Assembly (NCBI GenBank): GCA_963764625.1
Contig: CAVXTH010000008.1
Span: forward strand, 64,001-128,000
Source: Candidatus Krumholzibacteriota bacterium
GTDB taxonomy: Bacteria > Krumholzibacteriota > Krumholzibacteriia > JAJRXK01
DNA: 64,000 nucleotides
Direction: 5' to 3'
A program made the position numbers and the translations under genes. The notes below the pieces were generated by a model, which saw only the letters and a program-made list of their open reading frames with translations, did no database searches and was not told the DNA's origin. This document shows, one piece after another, positions 1-8,188 of the stretch (position 1 is its first letter; every line of letters starts with the position of its first letter).

Positions 1-38
1 TACGGCGGCAACGCATGTCGCAGCGTGGACTTCTTCAT
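1..38 (-). CDS. 5' end of a gene running off the left edge (MKKSTLRHALPP...), possibly a signal peptide
   Basis: ATG at 38-36 on the minus strand, preceded by a GAGGTGA Shine-Dalgarno-like sequence; only 12 codons are visible. Confidence 0.4.
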   Translation of the reverse strand, partial: MKKSTLRHALPP

Positions 39-248
39 TGAGATCACCTCGATGGACTCCAGGCAGGAATGAATGCGGACCGAGATCGATTCTGACTCGA
101 TCTCGCAGTCCAAGGAGGATCGGCCATTCACCGCTCTGGGTCAAGGGAGCGAGGTTCGGTGAACCCCGCGCACTGCTCCTTGAAGCGGGCGGCACGCGCG
201 GCCCGTAGCCAATTGACCCCGAATCACCTCGATGTCACACTCTGTCTC

Positions 249-2339
249 ATGCACACCGCCCTCCCCTTGACCTCCGCCTTGCTGTGGATTCGCTTCGCAC
301 TTGGCGCCGTCGCGCTCGTCTGGCTCCCCGGTCATCTTCTGGCGGGACGGTGGCTGCGCGCGCAGGATGCGCTGAGCCGATGCGTGGTGTCGATCTCGGT
401 CGGCCTCGTCCTACCTTTCGTGTATTTCGCCCTCCTGGGACGCCTCGGGCTTCCCTTCCGGCCGCTCTATTACCTTCCCGTAGTCCTGATCCTCGGCGGG
501 CTCTCCTCCCTCTGGTCCACCTACCGGCTTGCGATCGCGAACTGGTCGGAGAATCTCGGGGCGCTGGGCCGCGTGGAGGTCGTGGCGGCATCGAGCGCCG
601 TGCTCCTTTCCTTTCTGCTTCTTCTCGCCGGATTCTCGCAGATGCCTGCGCCACCCCACATCCTCGATGCTTCGAATCACGCCTGGCTCACGCTGCGGAT
701 CGTGGAGACGGCCAGTCTGGATGCCGCCAGAATCAACGGAGACTTGGCCGGGAGAGTGGAAGTGGGGTATCTGCCGGGGCTCCACGCATCCGCGGCGCTG
801 ATCGCGCGCCTCTGCCGCGTCGCCCCCTACGTTTCGGTATGGATGCTGACGCTGCTCCTGTGCGCCATGATTCCCGCCGCCTGGTCGCTCCTCTGGCGAG
901 GGTGGGGAGTTCCCCCCCTCGCACTTTCCCTGGCACTCCTTCTCTGCGTCGCGAATCCACTGGGGCCGGGCGGCATTCTGGGCTGGGGGGGGTTCGGACA
1001 GATCGCCGGCTTCTTTCTGGTGCCGGTGGGAGCGCTGGCGGTGCGCTCTGTCTGGCGCAAGCCCAGCGTGCCCGCAGGATTGGTGGCGGGGATCTTCCTC
1101 GGGGGTCTGGTCTTCGTACACGCGAGCGAAGTGGGGGTGGCGCTGGGAGCCGCCCTTCTCTGTCTCGACGGCCGCATCCACAAGCATCTTCGCGCCGGGC
1201 TGGTGATGCTGGCAGCGATCCTGGTTGTCTGTGGTCCGGAGGTTTGGCACGTCGCCGCGGACTATCCGCGGACGATCGCGGCCGAGCTCCCGCTGCGCAA
1301 GGAGTTCCTCGATTCGCTCACGCGTCTGTGGCGTGCCGGGGGACACGGTATCGTGTTCCAAGTCCTTTTGCCGGCGGGGTGGATCTTGGGGCTCAGGACC
1401 GCTTGGGCTCGCCGCCTCGCGCTCACCAGTCTCATCCTCGGCGCGTTCTATTTGCTTCTGCAGACCCTGGCCGATCCCTTTACGCGTTTGCTGGCGACTC
1501 CTTTCTACCGCCAGGCCCCTCGCATTCTCTACCTGCAGTTCTACTTTCTGCCTCCCCTTTTGGCCCTACCTCTCACGAAAATCTTGCGCCACGCTCGCGC
1601 GGGTGCGAAGGCAAATGTCGGCTTCATCTTCAAGACTTCGTTCCTGCGCGGTCTGGTCGGCGGCCTGCTTCTGGCTGCGCTCGTCCCCGGACTCACGCGC
1701 GTCCTAGAGAACTATCGTTCCTGCCGTTCGCTCGTTCCCTTCACGGTGGATGACTATCGGCACGCGCAGGCTCTGCATGCCCTGGTGCCCGATGGCGCGA
1801 TGGTGGCCAACCTGTGGGACGACGGGAGCGTGTGGGCCATGCACGTGAGCGAGAGACCTTTCTTGCAACCCTGCGCGTGGCCCCTCATCAGCCCCTCGGG
1901 GAAATCTCTGCACGAGCTGAGCAAGGGTCTAGCGGATGACCCCTGGCCTCAGGAGACGGTGCGTCTGCTGCAACGCCTTCGCATTCACTATCTCTACGTG
2001 AGTGACGGCGTGTGGGGAAAAGGCAGCGGCCTGCGTCGAAAGGATTTCGACGCCGACGCACGCTACCGAATTTTGCTCGCAGGCTCTCAGTTCCACTCTC
2101 TATGCCATTCGTGGCGCGCCGGATCCTCCTTTTTACCCGCCATTCTCCTCTTCCTCGCTCGCCACCGGCGCATTCAGGTTGGCCCGATAACTCTCGTCGA
2201 GGAGCATCGCGACCAGAGCGGCGCCGCCGTTGCTCTCTCCCAATTCCTTGGCCATGGGCACGAAGCGTCGCATGCGCTCCAATTCGAGATTACTGCAGCC
2301 GCGAAGCCTCGACTCGAGCTGCGCGATGAGGCGCTCTGA
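249..2339 (+). CDS. Polytopic membrane protein, DUF6541 / GT-C glycosyltransferase-like; true 3' end uncertain (probable frameshift near 2088)
   Basis: Many hydrophobic segments; loop motif DASNH...YLPGLH; soluble C-terminal domain (VANLWDDGSVW, IHYLYV). The ORF overlaps the convergent helicase by about 200 nt, while another frame gives a more plausible end (SSTLYAIRG). Confidence 0.6.
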   Translation: MHTALPLTSALLWIRFALGAVALVWLPGHLLAGRWLRAQDALSRCVVSISVGLVLPFVYFALLGRLGLPFRPLYYLPVVLILGGLSSLWSTYRLAIANWSENLGALGRVEVVAASSAVLLSFLLLLAGFSQMPAPPHILDASNHAWLTLRIVETASLDAARINGDLAGRVEVGYLPGLHASAALIARLCRVAPYVSVWMLTLLLCAMIPAAWSLLWRGWGVPPLALSLALLLCVANPLGPGGILGWGGFGQIAGFFLVPVGALAVRSVWRKPSVPAGLVAGIFLGGLVFVHASEVGVALGAALLCLDGRIHKHLRAGLVMLAAILVVCGPEVWHVAADYPRTIAAELPLRKEFLDSLTRLWRAGGHGIVFQVLLPAGWILGLRTAWARRLALTSLILGAFYLLLQTLADPFTRLLATPFYRQAPRILYLQFYFLPPLLALPLTKILRHARAGAKANVGFIFKTSFLRGLVGGLLLAALVPGLTRVLENYRSCRSLVPFTVDDYRHAQALHALVPDGAMVANLWDDGSVWAMHVSERPFLQPCAWPLISPSGKSLHELSKGLADDPWPQETVRLLQRLRIHYLYVSDGVWGKGSGLRRKDFDADARYRILLAGSQFHSLCHSWRAGSSFLPAILLFLARHRRIQVGPITLVEEHRDQSGAAVALSQFLGHGHEASHALQFEITAAAKPRLELRDEAL

Positions 2340-3545
2340 CACGACCTTTTCCAGGTCCTCGTCGCTTGGCGCATCTTTTTCTTCGAAATCGATGGAGTAG
2401 AGATCCTTGATCTGGCTCACCCGCATCCTCTCCATGCGATACGCGAGGGTGATGGCCCGTCCGCCCGCTCCGGCGCGTCCGGTGCGTCCCGCGCGATGCA
2501 CGTAAACCTCGGGATCTTCAGGAACCTCGTATTGGAACACGTGGCTGATCTCCTGAATGTCGATTCCACGCGCGGCCACGTCGGTCGCGACCAGAAAGCG
2601 GAGGGTGCCCTTGCGAACCCGGGTGAGAACTTTCTCGCGATCTCGCTGCCGTAGCTCGCTGCTGAGCGCGTCCGCGTCGTAGCCGAAACGCTGTAGAATG
2701 AGCGAAACGTAGTTCACCTCGACCTTGGTGTTACAGAAGATGATCGCGGTGGTCGGATTCTCCAGTTCGATGAGCTTGACCAGCACTCGGTCCTTTTTCA
2801 TGTCGGGAACCGAATAGAGAACGTGGTCGACTTCGGTGACGTGGACTTGATCCCGGCTGAGACTCAACATTCCCGGATGATCCAGAAAATCGCCAGCCAG
2901 TCTCATGACATGGTAGGGAAAGGTCGCGGAGAACATGTAGCCGTTGCGCGGATTCTTCCCCAGAAAACTGCGTACTCGCTTCATGTCTTGATAGAATCCC
3001 ATCGACAACATGCGGTCGGCTTCGTCGAAGACGAGAATTTTGACGCGATCGAGCTTGAGTGTCCCCCGCATGAGATGGTCGAGAATCCGCCCCGGCGTGC
3101 CCACCACGATGTGCGCGCCCTTGTTGAAGGCCTCGATTTGCTTCGCGTACCCAACACCCCCGTAGACGGCGATGGTGCGTACCCCGGGGGTGGCCAGAAT
3201 CTCGGCATGATCGTAGACCTGCTGCGCGAGCTCCCGCGTCGGTACCAAAATGATCGCCTGACACTGGGCGAGATCGGGGTCGATGCTGTGGAAGATGGGC
3301 AAGAGAAAGGCGCCGGTCTTACCACTGCCGGTACGAGACTGGATCATGAGATCGCGATTCGCCAGAACGTAGGGAATCGTCTTCTGCTGTACCGGCATGA
3401 GCTGCTCCCACGAAGCTCGCGCACACGCTCTTTGCATGTCCTTGGGAAGGTCCTTCAGTTGCACCGGCGGAATCGCATTTTCCGGTTCGACGAGTTCGCC
3501 CACTAAATGTTCCTGTGGGTCAGTGGACTTTTCTTCGACTTCCAC
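2133..3545 (-). CDS. DEAD-box ATP-dependent RNA helicase
   Basis: Q motif, GSGKT, PTRELA, TPGR, DEAD, SAT, ARGID and HRAGRTGR motifs. Confidence 0.97.
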   Translation of the reverse strand: MEVEEKSTDPQEHLVGELVEPENAIPPVQLKDLPKDMQRACARASWEQLMPVQQKTIPYVLANRDLMIQSRTGSGKTGAFLLPIFHSIDPDLAQCQAIILVPTRELAQQVYDHAEILATPGVRTIAVYGGVGYAKQIEAFNKGAHIVVGTPGRILDHLMRGTLKLDRVKILVFDEADRMLSMGFYQDMKRVRSFLGKNPRNGYMFSATFPYHVMRLAGDFLDHPGMLSLSRDQVHVTEVDHVLYSVPDMKKDRVLVKLIELENPTTAIIFCNTKVEVNYVSLILQRFGYDADALSSELRQRDREKVLTRVRKGTLRFLVATDVAARGIDIQEISHVFQYEVPEDPEVYVHRAGRTGRAGAGGRAITLAYRMERMRVSQIKDLYSIDFEEKDAPSDEDLEKVVSERLIAQLESRLRGCSNLELERMRRFVPMAKELGESNGGAALVAMLLDESYRANLNAPVASEEEENGG

Positions 3546-3697
3546 TTCGGGGGGTACGCTCGGCGACGGATGGGAACGTCCGTGACGAACGCGGCGGCGG
3601 CGGCGAGGAGGGCTGTGTCACTTCTTTGTACCTCTATGCAAATTGTCCATTCTATTCATTTCCCCTGCATGGTAGCAGCATATGCGCTCTTTCGCCC

Positions 3698-4855
3698 TCA
3701 GTACATCTCGTAGCAGGCAAGGCGACCGTCGAGCGGACCGCTCTTGAGAGCCCGTTTCCAGCTGGGATGCAGGCCTACGCTCTTGAGCAGCTCCTTCTCG
3801 CCCACGTAGATGAGGGCACGTGAGCCGCGGCAATTCCGCTTCAAGAAGTCGCCTAGCTCGCCCAACAGAAGCGCGTGATCGGCCTCGCCTCTCAGGCGAC
3901 GGCCGTAGGGGGGATTACAGACCAGAACCTGATCCTCTCGCTCGGACAACCCCCGAAAGTCTCCCACCCGCCATTCGATTCTGTCCCCGAAAGGAAGGAG
4001 GCGGCTGTTTTCTTTGGCCACCTCGAGATTCTCCGCGGACGCGTCGTTGCCCAGCAGTATTCCATACGGCAATTCACGGATCCGGGCGGCGGCTTCCTCT
4101 TTCACGCGCGCGAAGAGCTTGGTGTCGTGGTCGGGGAGGTTTTGAAACCCGAATCTCTTCCGTAGATGGCCCGCGGGAATCCGGCAGAATTTCATCAGCG
4201 CTTCGCAGAGCAGGGTCCCCGAGCCGCACATCAGATCCACCAGAGAGCGATCTCCTTCCCACCGGCTCAGCTCGATGACGGCGGCGGCCAGGGTCTCCAT
4301 CATCGGAGCCTCCACCGAGCGCGCCCGGTATCCCCGGCGGTGCAACGATCCTCCCGAGCAATCCACGCTCACGGTGGCGTGGTTACGATGCACGTGCAGA
4401 TGGAGCCAGAGCTCCGGGTTCTTGGGGTCGACTCTCGGGCGCTTTCCGGTTCTCTCCCGCCAGAAGTCCACCACCGCGTCCTTCACCACACGAGAGGCGT
4501 ACTGGCTGTGCCGAATCCGGCTTTGGCTGAGATTCGCGGTCACTGCGAAACTCGATTTGAGCCCCAGCACTTGCTCCCATGGCAGTTTGCGAAGCGTCTT
4601 GTACAGATACCGGGAACTGTGGCAGTCGAAGCTAATGAGGGGAGCCAGGACTCTCGTGATGAAGCGCGCCCGGTAATTGACTTCGTACAATGCGCGCTCG
4701 TCGGCATTGAAATACATACCGCGGTAGGCATTCTTGATGTCCGTCGCCCCGAGCTCCTCCAGTTCCCCGCGCGCCAAGTCCTCCAGCCCGTCCGCGAGTT
4801 GCGCGAAGAACCTGCGGCCCAACTGATAGGAGAATATGGGCTCGGGAACCGTCAC
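3698..4855 (-). CDS. THUMP-domain SAM-dependent RNA methyltransferase (RlmL N-terminal half-like)
   Basis: SLHRRGYR, EAPMMETLAAA, DLMCGSGT and NPPYG motifs; start overlaps the PhzF stop. Confidence 0.9.
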   Translation of the reverse strand: MTVPEPIFSYQLGRRFFAQLADGLEDLARGELEELGATDIKNAYRGMYFNADERALYEVNYRARFITRVLAPLISFDCHSSRYLYKTLRKLPWEQVLGLKSSFAVTANLSQSRIRHSQYASRVVKDAVVDFWRERTGKRPRVDPKNPELWLHLHVHRNHATVSVDCSGGSLHRRGYRARSVEAPMMETLAAAVIELSRWEGDRSLVDLMCGSGTLLCEALMKFCRIPAGHLRKRFGFQNLPDHDTKLFARVKEEAAARIRELPYGILLGNDASAENLEVAKENSRLLPFGDRIEWRVGDFRGLSEREDQVLVCNPPYGRRLRGEADHALLLGELGDFLKRNCRGSRALIYVGEKELLKSVGLHPSWKRALKSGPLDGRLACYEMY

Positions 4856-5646
4856 GGGAGGGAGGGCAACATCAATTCTCCTCGGATGGTCTCCACCGCG
4901 TGGCCGCCGATGTGCACCCGATTGCCGTGGATTTCACCAACCACTTCTCCACCTCGTTCAGAGAGTTGCCGCGCTGTGAGGTGGTCTTTTCCCAGGCGCT
5001 TGCCCCAGTACGGGAGGAGCGTGCAAAAAACAGAACCGGTCACCGGATCCTCGGGGACCCCCACTTTGGGCGCGAAGAACCGGCACACGAAATCGACTTC
5101 CTTGCCTGGAGCGGTCGGGCACACCCCCATGACGTCGAGCTGCTTCAGCATCTCCATGTCGGGGCGTAGAGCGCGCACGTCCTCCTCGCTCTGAAGAACC
5201 GCCAGAAGATCGCGCGCTTCTCCGCACCATTCCGGCCGCACTCCCAGGGCTTCGACCAGCCGAGGGTCGATCGGAACTTCCTTGGCCGGTCGCGCCGGAA
5301 AATCCAGCCAATGGCGTCCGTCATGGCGAAGGACGCGCAGCTCGCCGCTGCGTGGGCTATTGAACACGACTTCGCGTCCCTGGGCGCGACCGTCGAGAAA
5401 GAGCGCAAAGGCGGCGGCCAGAGTGGCGTGACCACACAGATCGATCTCGACCGAGGGCGTGAACCACCGCAGTCCCCACGATTTTCCCTGGGGGACCACG
5501 AAAGCGGTCTCCGAGAGGTTCTTTTCCCGCGCGATGGCCTGGAGGACCTTGTCGGGCAACCACTCGTCGAGAATGACCACCGCGGCGGGATTTCCCGCGA
5601 ACGACTGATCCGCGAATGCATTCACTTGGTGAAACGGAAATTTCAT
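4852..5646 (-). CDS. PhzF family isomerase
   Basis: VNAF...GNPAAV, NLSETAF, LRWFTP.EIDLCGHATLA and EDPVTGS; start moved to MKFPF (ATG at 5646). Confidence 0.93.
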   Translation of the reverse strand: MKFPFHQVNAFADQSFAGNPAAVVILDEWLPDKVLQAIAREKNLSETAFVVPQGKSWGLRWFTPSVEIDLCGHATLAAAFALFLDGRAQGREVVFNSPRSGELRVLRHDGRHWLDFPARPAKEVPIDPRLVEALGVRPEWCGEARDLLAVLQSEEDVRALRPDMEMLKQLDVMGVCPTAPGKEVDFVCRFFAPKVGVPEDPVTGSVFCTLLPYWGKRLGKDHLTARQLSERGGEVVGEIHGNRVHIGGHAVETIRGELMLPSLP

Positions 5647-5759
5647 GTCGACAGTCCTTGAGAGGCAATCACGAGTCGCGAGCCGAAGCGGCCGCACGCG
5701 CCAGTCCGGCTGTCAAGATGCTCGGCATTCGCCTCGAAAGTTGCAAGCTCGAAGAAAGG

Positions 5760-6011
5760 TCAGCTCTTTAGATCTTCCTCCCGGCGAGTTTCATCGCCGT
5801 TCTCGTAGGAAGCGAGGAGTTGGCGGGCCGCTTCGGCGAAAGGCTCCGGAACGATGAGTCTCATGCCCTCGCCCAGATGCATTTGCGGATACATGCCGCC
5901 GACGTCGTCGTTGAGCAGTCGGCAGGGGATGCCATTGGCGATCAAGAGCCCCTTAGCGATTTCCGCCTGCGGAACCTCCGTGTAGCGAGCGATCTCGACT
6001 TCAGCACTCAT
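5760..6011 (-). CDS. Small DUF2007-like (putative signal-transducing) protein
   Basis: Pattern AEIAKGLL.ANGIPC...RLIVPE..AEAARQLL. Confidence 0.8.
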   Translation of the reverse strand: MSAEVEIARYTEVPQAEIAKGLLIANGIPCRLLNDDVGGMYPQMHLGEGMRLIVPEPFAEAARQLLASYENGDETRREEDLKS

Positions 6012-6069
6012 GATGACACCTCGAGCCCGTGAATGGTCGATCCGCGAGGGTGATACTCTCGCGGCGGTT

Positions 6070-6297
6070 TCAGTGGATCCGCGCTTTGATCAGGTCGATC
6101 ACTTCGTCGCCCTCGGGAAATCTCTCCACTTCGTACTTGGAGAAGATCAACTCGTCATCGAGCTTCACGTCGAAGATGCCGTTGCGCCCCTCGATGAGCT
6201 CGGGCTTGAGCTTGAATTTCTTCTGGATGCGCTCCGCCAAACTGGCGGCATGAGGGAGGTAGTTTCATTGAACGCAATACTGAATGCTGATTTTCAT
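6070..6297 (-). CDS. Rdx / SelW-SelT-SelH family selenoprotein, 75 aa, CxxU (in-frame UGA read as Sec)
   Basis: Hand translation MKISIQYCVQ(U)NYLPHAASLAERIQKKFKLKPELIEGRNGIFDVKLDDELIFSKYEVERFPEGDEVIDLIKARIH*. UGA at 6267-6265 sits in the IxYCxxU motif; downstream G.FDV, IFSK and RFP are typical of the family; a SECIS-like hairpin follows. Confidence 0.92.
6234..6248 (-). promoter_or_regulatory. Bacterial SECIS-like hairpin
   Basis: CCGCCA-GUU-UGGCGG stem-loop, with the loop G 23 nt downstream of the UGA. Confidence 0.75.
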
Positions 6298-6524
6298 GCC
6301 TTCGACTCCGGAAGCTGAAAGGATGATTCTCTCCTCGCACGATAGGCCGAGGATATCGCTCTCGCAACCAGAGGCGCCAGGGAAGACCCGGGCTGCCCAG
6401 TGCCTCGGCGTAGCGGGGACTGGACGTGATCGCCGAAAGGGTGGAAAGTTAGGGTCGAGCGCTGGCGCCCAGACGAGACGCCGGATTTTCAAGAGTAACC
6501 TTTCATCTCCAGGGCATTCCGTCC

Positions 6525-7421
6525 GTGAGTAGCACCCCTCATTCCGATCCCCCTTCCCCGCCGTCCAGCCAGACGCGGCAGGACACGACACTCTCCTCCG
6601 AGCAGGAGCGTGACGCCTGGCGCAGGGTCTATCCGGTGGGTCGGGAGTTTCTCCCCACCTGGAGCGTGTTGGACGGGCACTACCGCTGTCGTTTCGCGAC
6701 GAATGCCGAGGAACTCGATCGAGTTCTGAGGTTGCGCTACGAAGTCTTCAACCTCGAACTCGGGGAGGGACTGGACGAAAGTCACGCCACCGGGCTCGAC
6801 CGGGATCGCTTCGACGACCACTGCCACCACATGATTGTCGAGGATCTCGACACCATGGCGACCGTGGGAACCTACCGGCTCCAGGTGGCACAGATGGCGA
6901 GCGTGGGGCGCGGTTTCTACACGGCCCAGGAATACGACATGCGATCGTGGCCGGCGGACATCCTGGAGCAAGCAGTGGAGACCGGGCGCGCGTGCATCCA
7001 CAAGGATCATCGCAAGAGCAAAGTCCTCCAGCTTTTGTGGAAGGGACTGGCCGCGTATGCCCTCCACAACCGCCGGCGCTATTTCTTCGGGTGCTGTTCC
7101 CTGACGAGCCAGGATCCGGCCGAAGGCGCTCGGATGCTCGAATACCTGCGTCAACACGGGCATCTGCATCCCGCGATTCGCACCCAAGCCCATCCCGCCT
7201 TTGCCTGTCACGAGGAAAACGAATCGGCGGAGGGCTGGGAGCAGTCGCGGATTCCTCCGCTCTTCCGTACTTATCTGAGGTACGGAGCTCGTATCTGCAG
7301 CCAGCCCGCCCTGGACCGGCAATTCAAGACGATCGATTTTTTGGCCCTGATCGATCTGACCGAGGTGGATCTGGTGAGAGTGCTGCGACTCACTGAAATC
7401 GATCTCGACACCCGGGTATGA
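6525..7421 (+). CDS. GNAT N-acyltransferase, OlsB (ornithine-lipid N-acyltransferase)-like
   Basis: LRLRYEVF, DRDRFDDHCHH, VGTYRL, ETGRACIH.DHR, YFFGCCS, PPLFRTYLRYGA and ALDRQF.TIDF. Confidence 0.88.
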   Translation: MSSTPHSDPPSPPSSQTRQDTTLSSEQERDAWRRVYPVGREFLPTWSVLDGHYRCRFATNAEELDRVLRLRYEVFNLELGEGLDESHATGLDRDRFDDHCHHMIVEDLDTMATVGTYRLQVAQMASVGRGFYTAQEYDMRSWPADILEQAVETGRACIHKDHRKSKVLQLLWKGLAAYALHNRRRYFFGCCSLTSQDPAEGARMLEYLRQHGHLHPAIRTQAHPAFACHEENESAEGWEQSRIPPLFRTYLRYGARICSQPALDRQFKTIDFLALIDLTEVDLVRVLRLTEIDLDTRV

Positions 7422-8188
7422 AGCATCTGCGCGCGATTCTTCGCTTTGTTGGACTCGCTTCGTGGACTCTTTGCGTCTTTGCCGTCTTCTTTGCCTTGCG
7501 CTTCATCTTGATGGCGTGGCAGAGCGCGGTCGTGAAGCTGAAAGTCGTCACTTTCAGAGTCTGGGCCAAGGGAACAGCGGTGATCTGCGGCATGCGGATT
7601 AGCCGGGAGGGCACCCCTCCCAAACCGCCCTTCGTTCTGGTGAGCAACCATCTCAGCTACATGGACATCGTACTCCTGGCCACACAACTGGAAGCCTTTT
7701 TCATATCCAAGGCCGAAGTCGCGCACTGGCCAGGCATTGGTTTTCTCGCCCGCCAGTTGAGCACGATTTTCGTGGATCGCGAGGATCGGGGAGACCTCCA
7801 CCGGGTCCTGGATCTCATCGAGGATGCTCTGCACTCCGGGGTTGGAGTCGTGTTCTTTCCCGAAGGAACGAGCAGCGATGGCTCGGACGTGATGCACTTC
7901 AAGTCCTCACTCTTCGACGTTCCGCTGCGACTGGGATACCCAGTCTATGCCGCCGCCATCCGATACGAAGCCCGCGAGGGCTGGATGCCGGCTTCGCAGT
8001 CCATTTGCTGGTGGGGCGACATGACCTTTCCCGACCATCTCTACCGAATGTTGGGGATGCCCAGCTTCTACGCCCACGTCGTCTTCGGTGAAGGCGTGGC
8101 CCACCGCCAGACCCGGCGAGAGTTCGCCGACGCTCTCCACCTGGCGGTGAAGAAAGGCTTCGCGCCCGCGCAGAGGGTTCGGGGATGA
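7418..8188 (+). CDS. PlsC/OlsA-like lysolipid O-acyltransferase
   Basis: NHLSYMD, FVDR and FFPEGT motifs; ATGA overlap with the upstream gene. Confidence 0.92.
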   Translation: MKHLRAILRFVGLASWTLCVFAVFFALRFILMAWQSAVVKLKVVTFRVWAKGTAVICGMRISREGTPPKPPFVLVSNHLSYMDIVLLATQLEAFFISKAEVAHWPGIGFLARQLSTIFVDREDRGDLHRVLDLIEDALHSGVGVVFFPEGTSSDGSDVMHFKSSLFDVPLRLGYPVYAAAIRYEAREGWMPASQSICWWGDMTFPDHLYRMLGMPSFYAHVVFGEGVAHRQTRREFADALHLAVKKGFAPAQRVRG

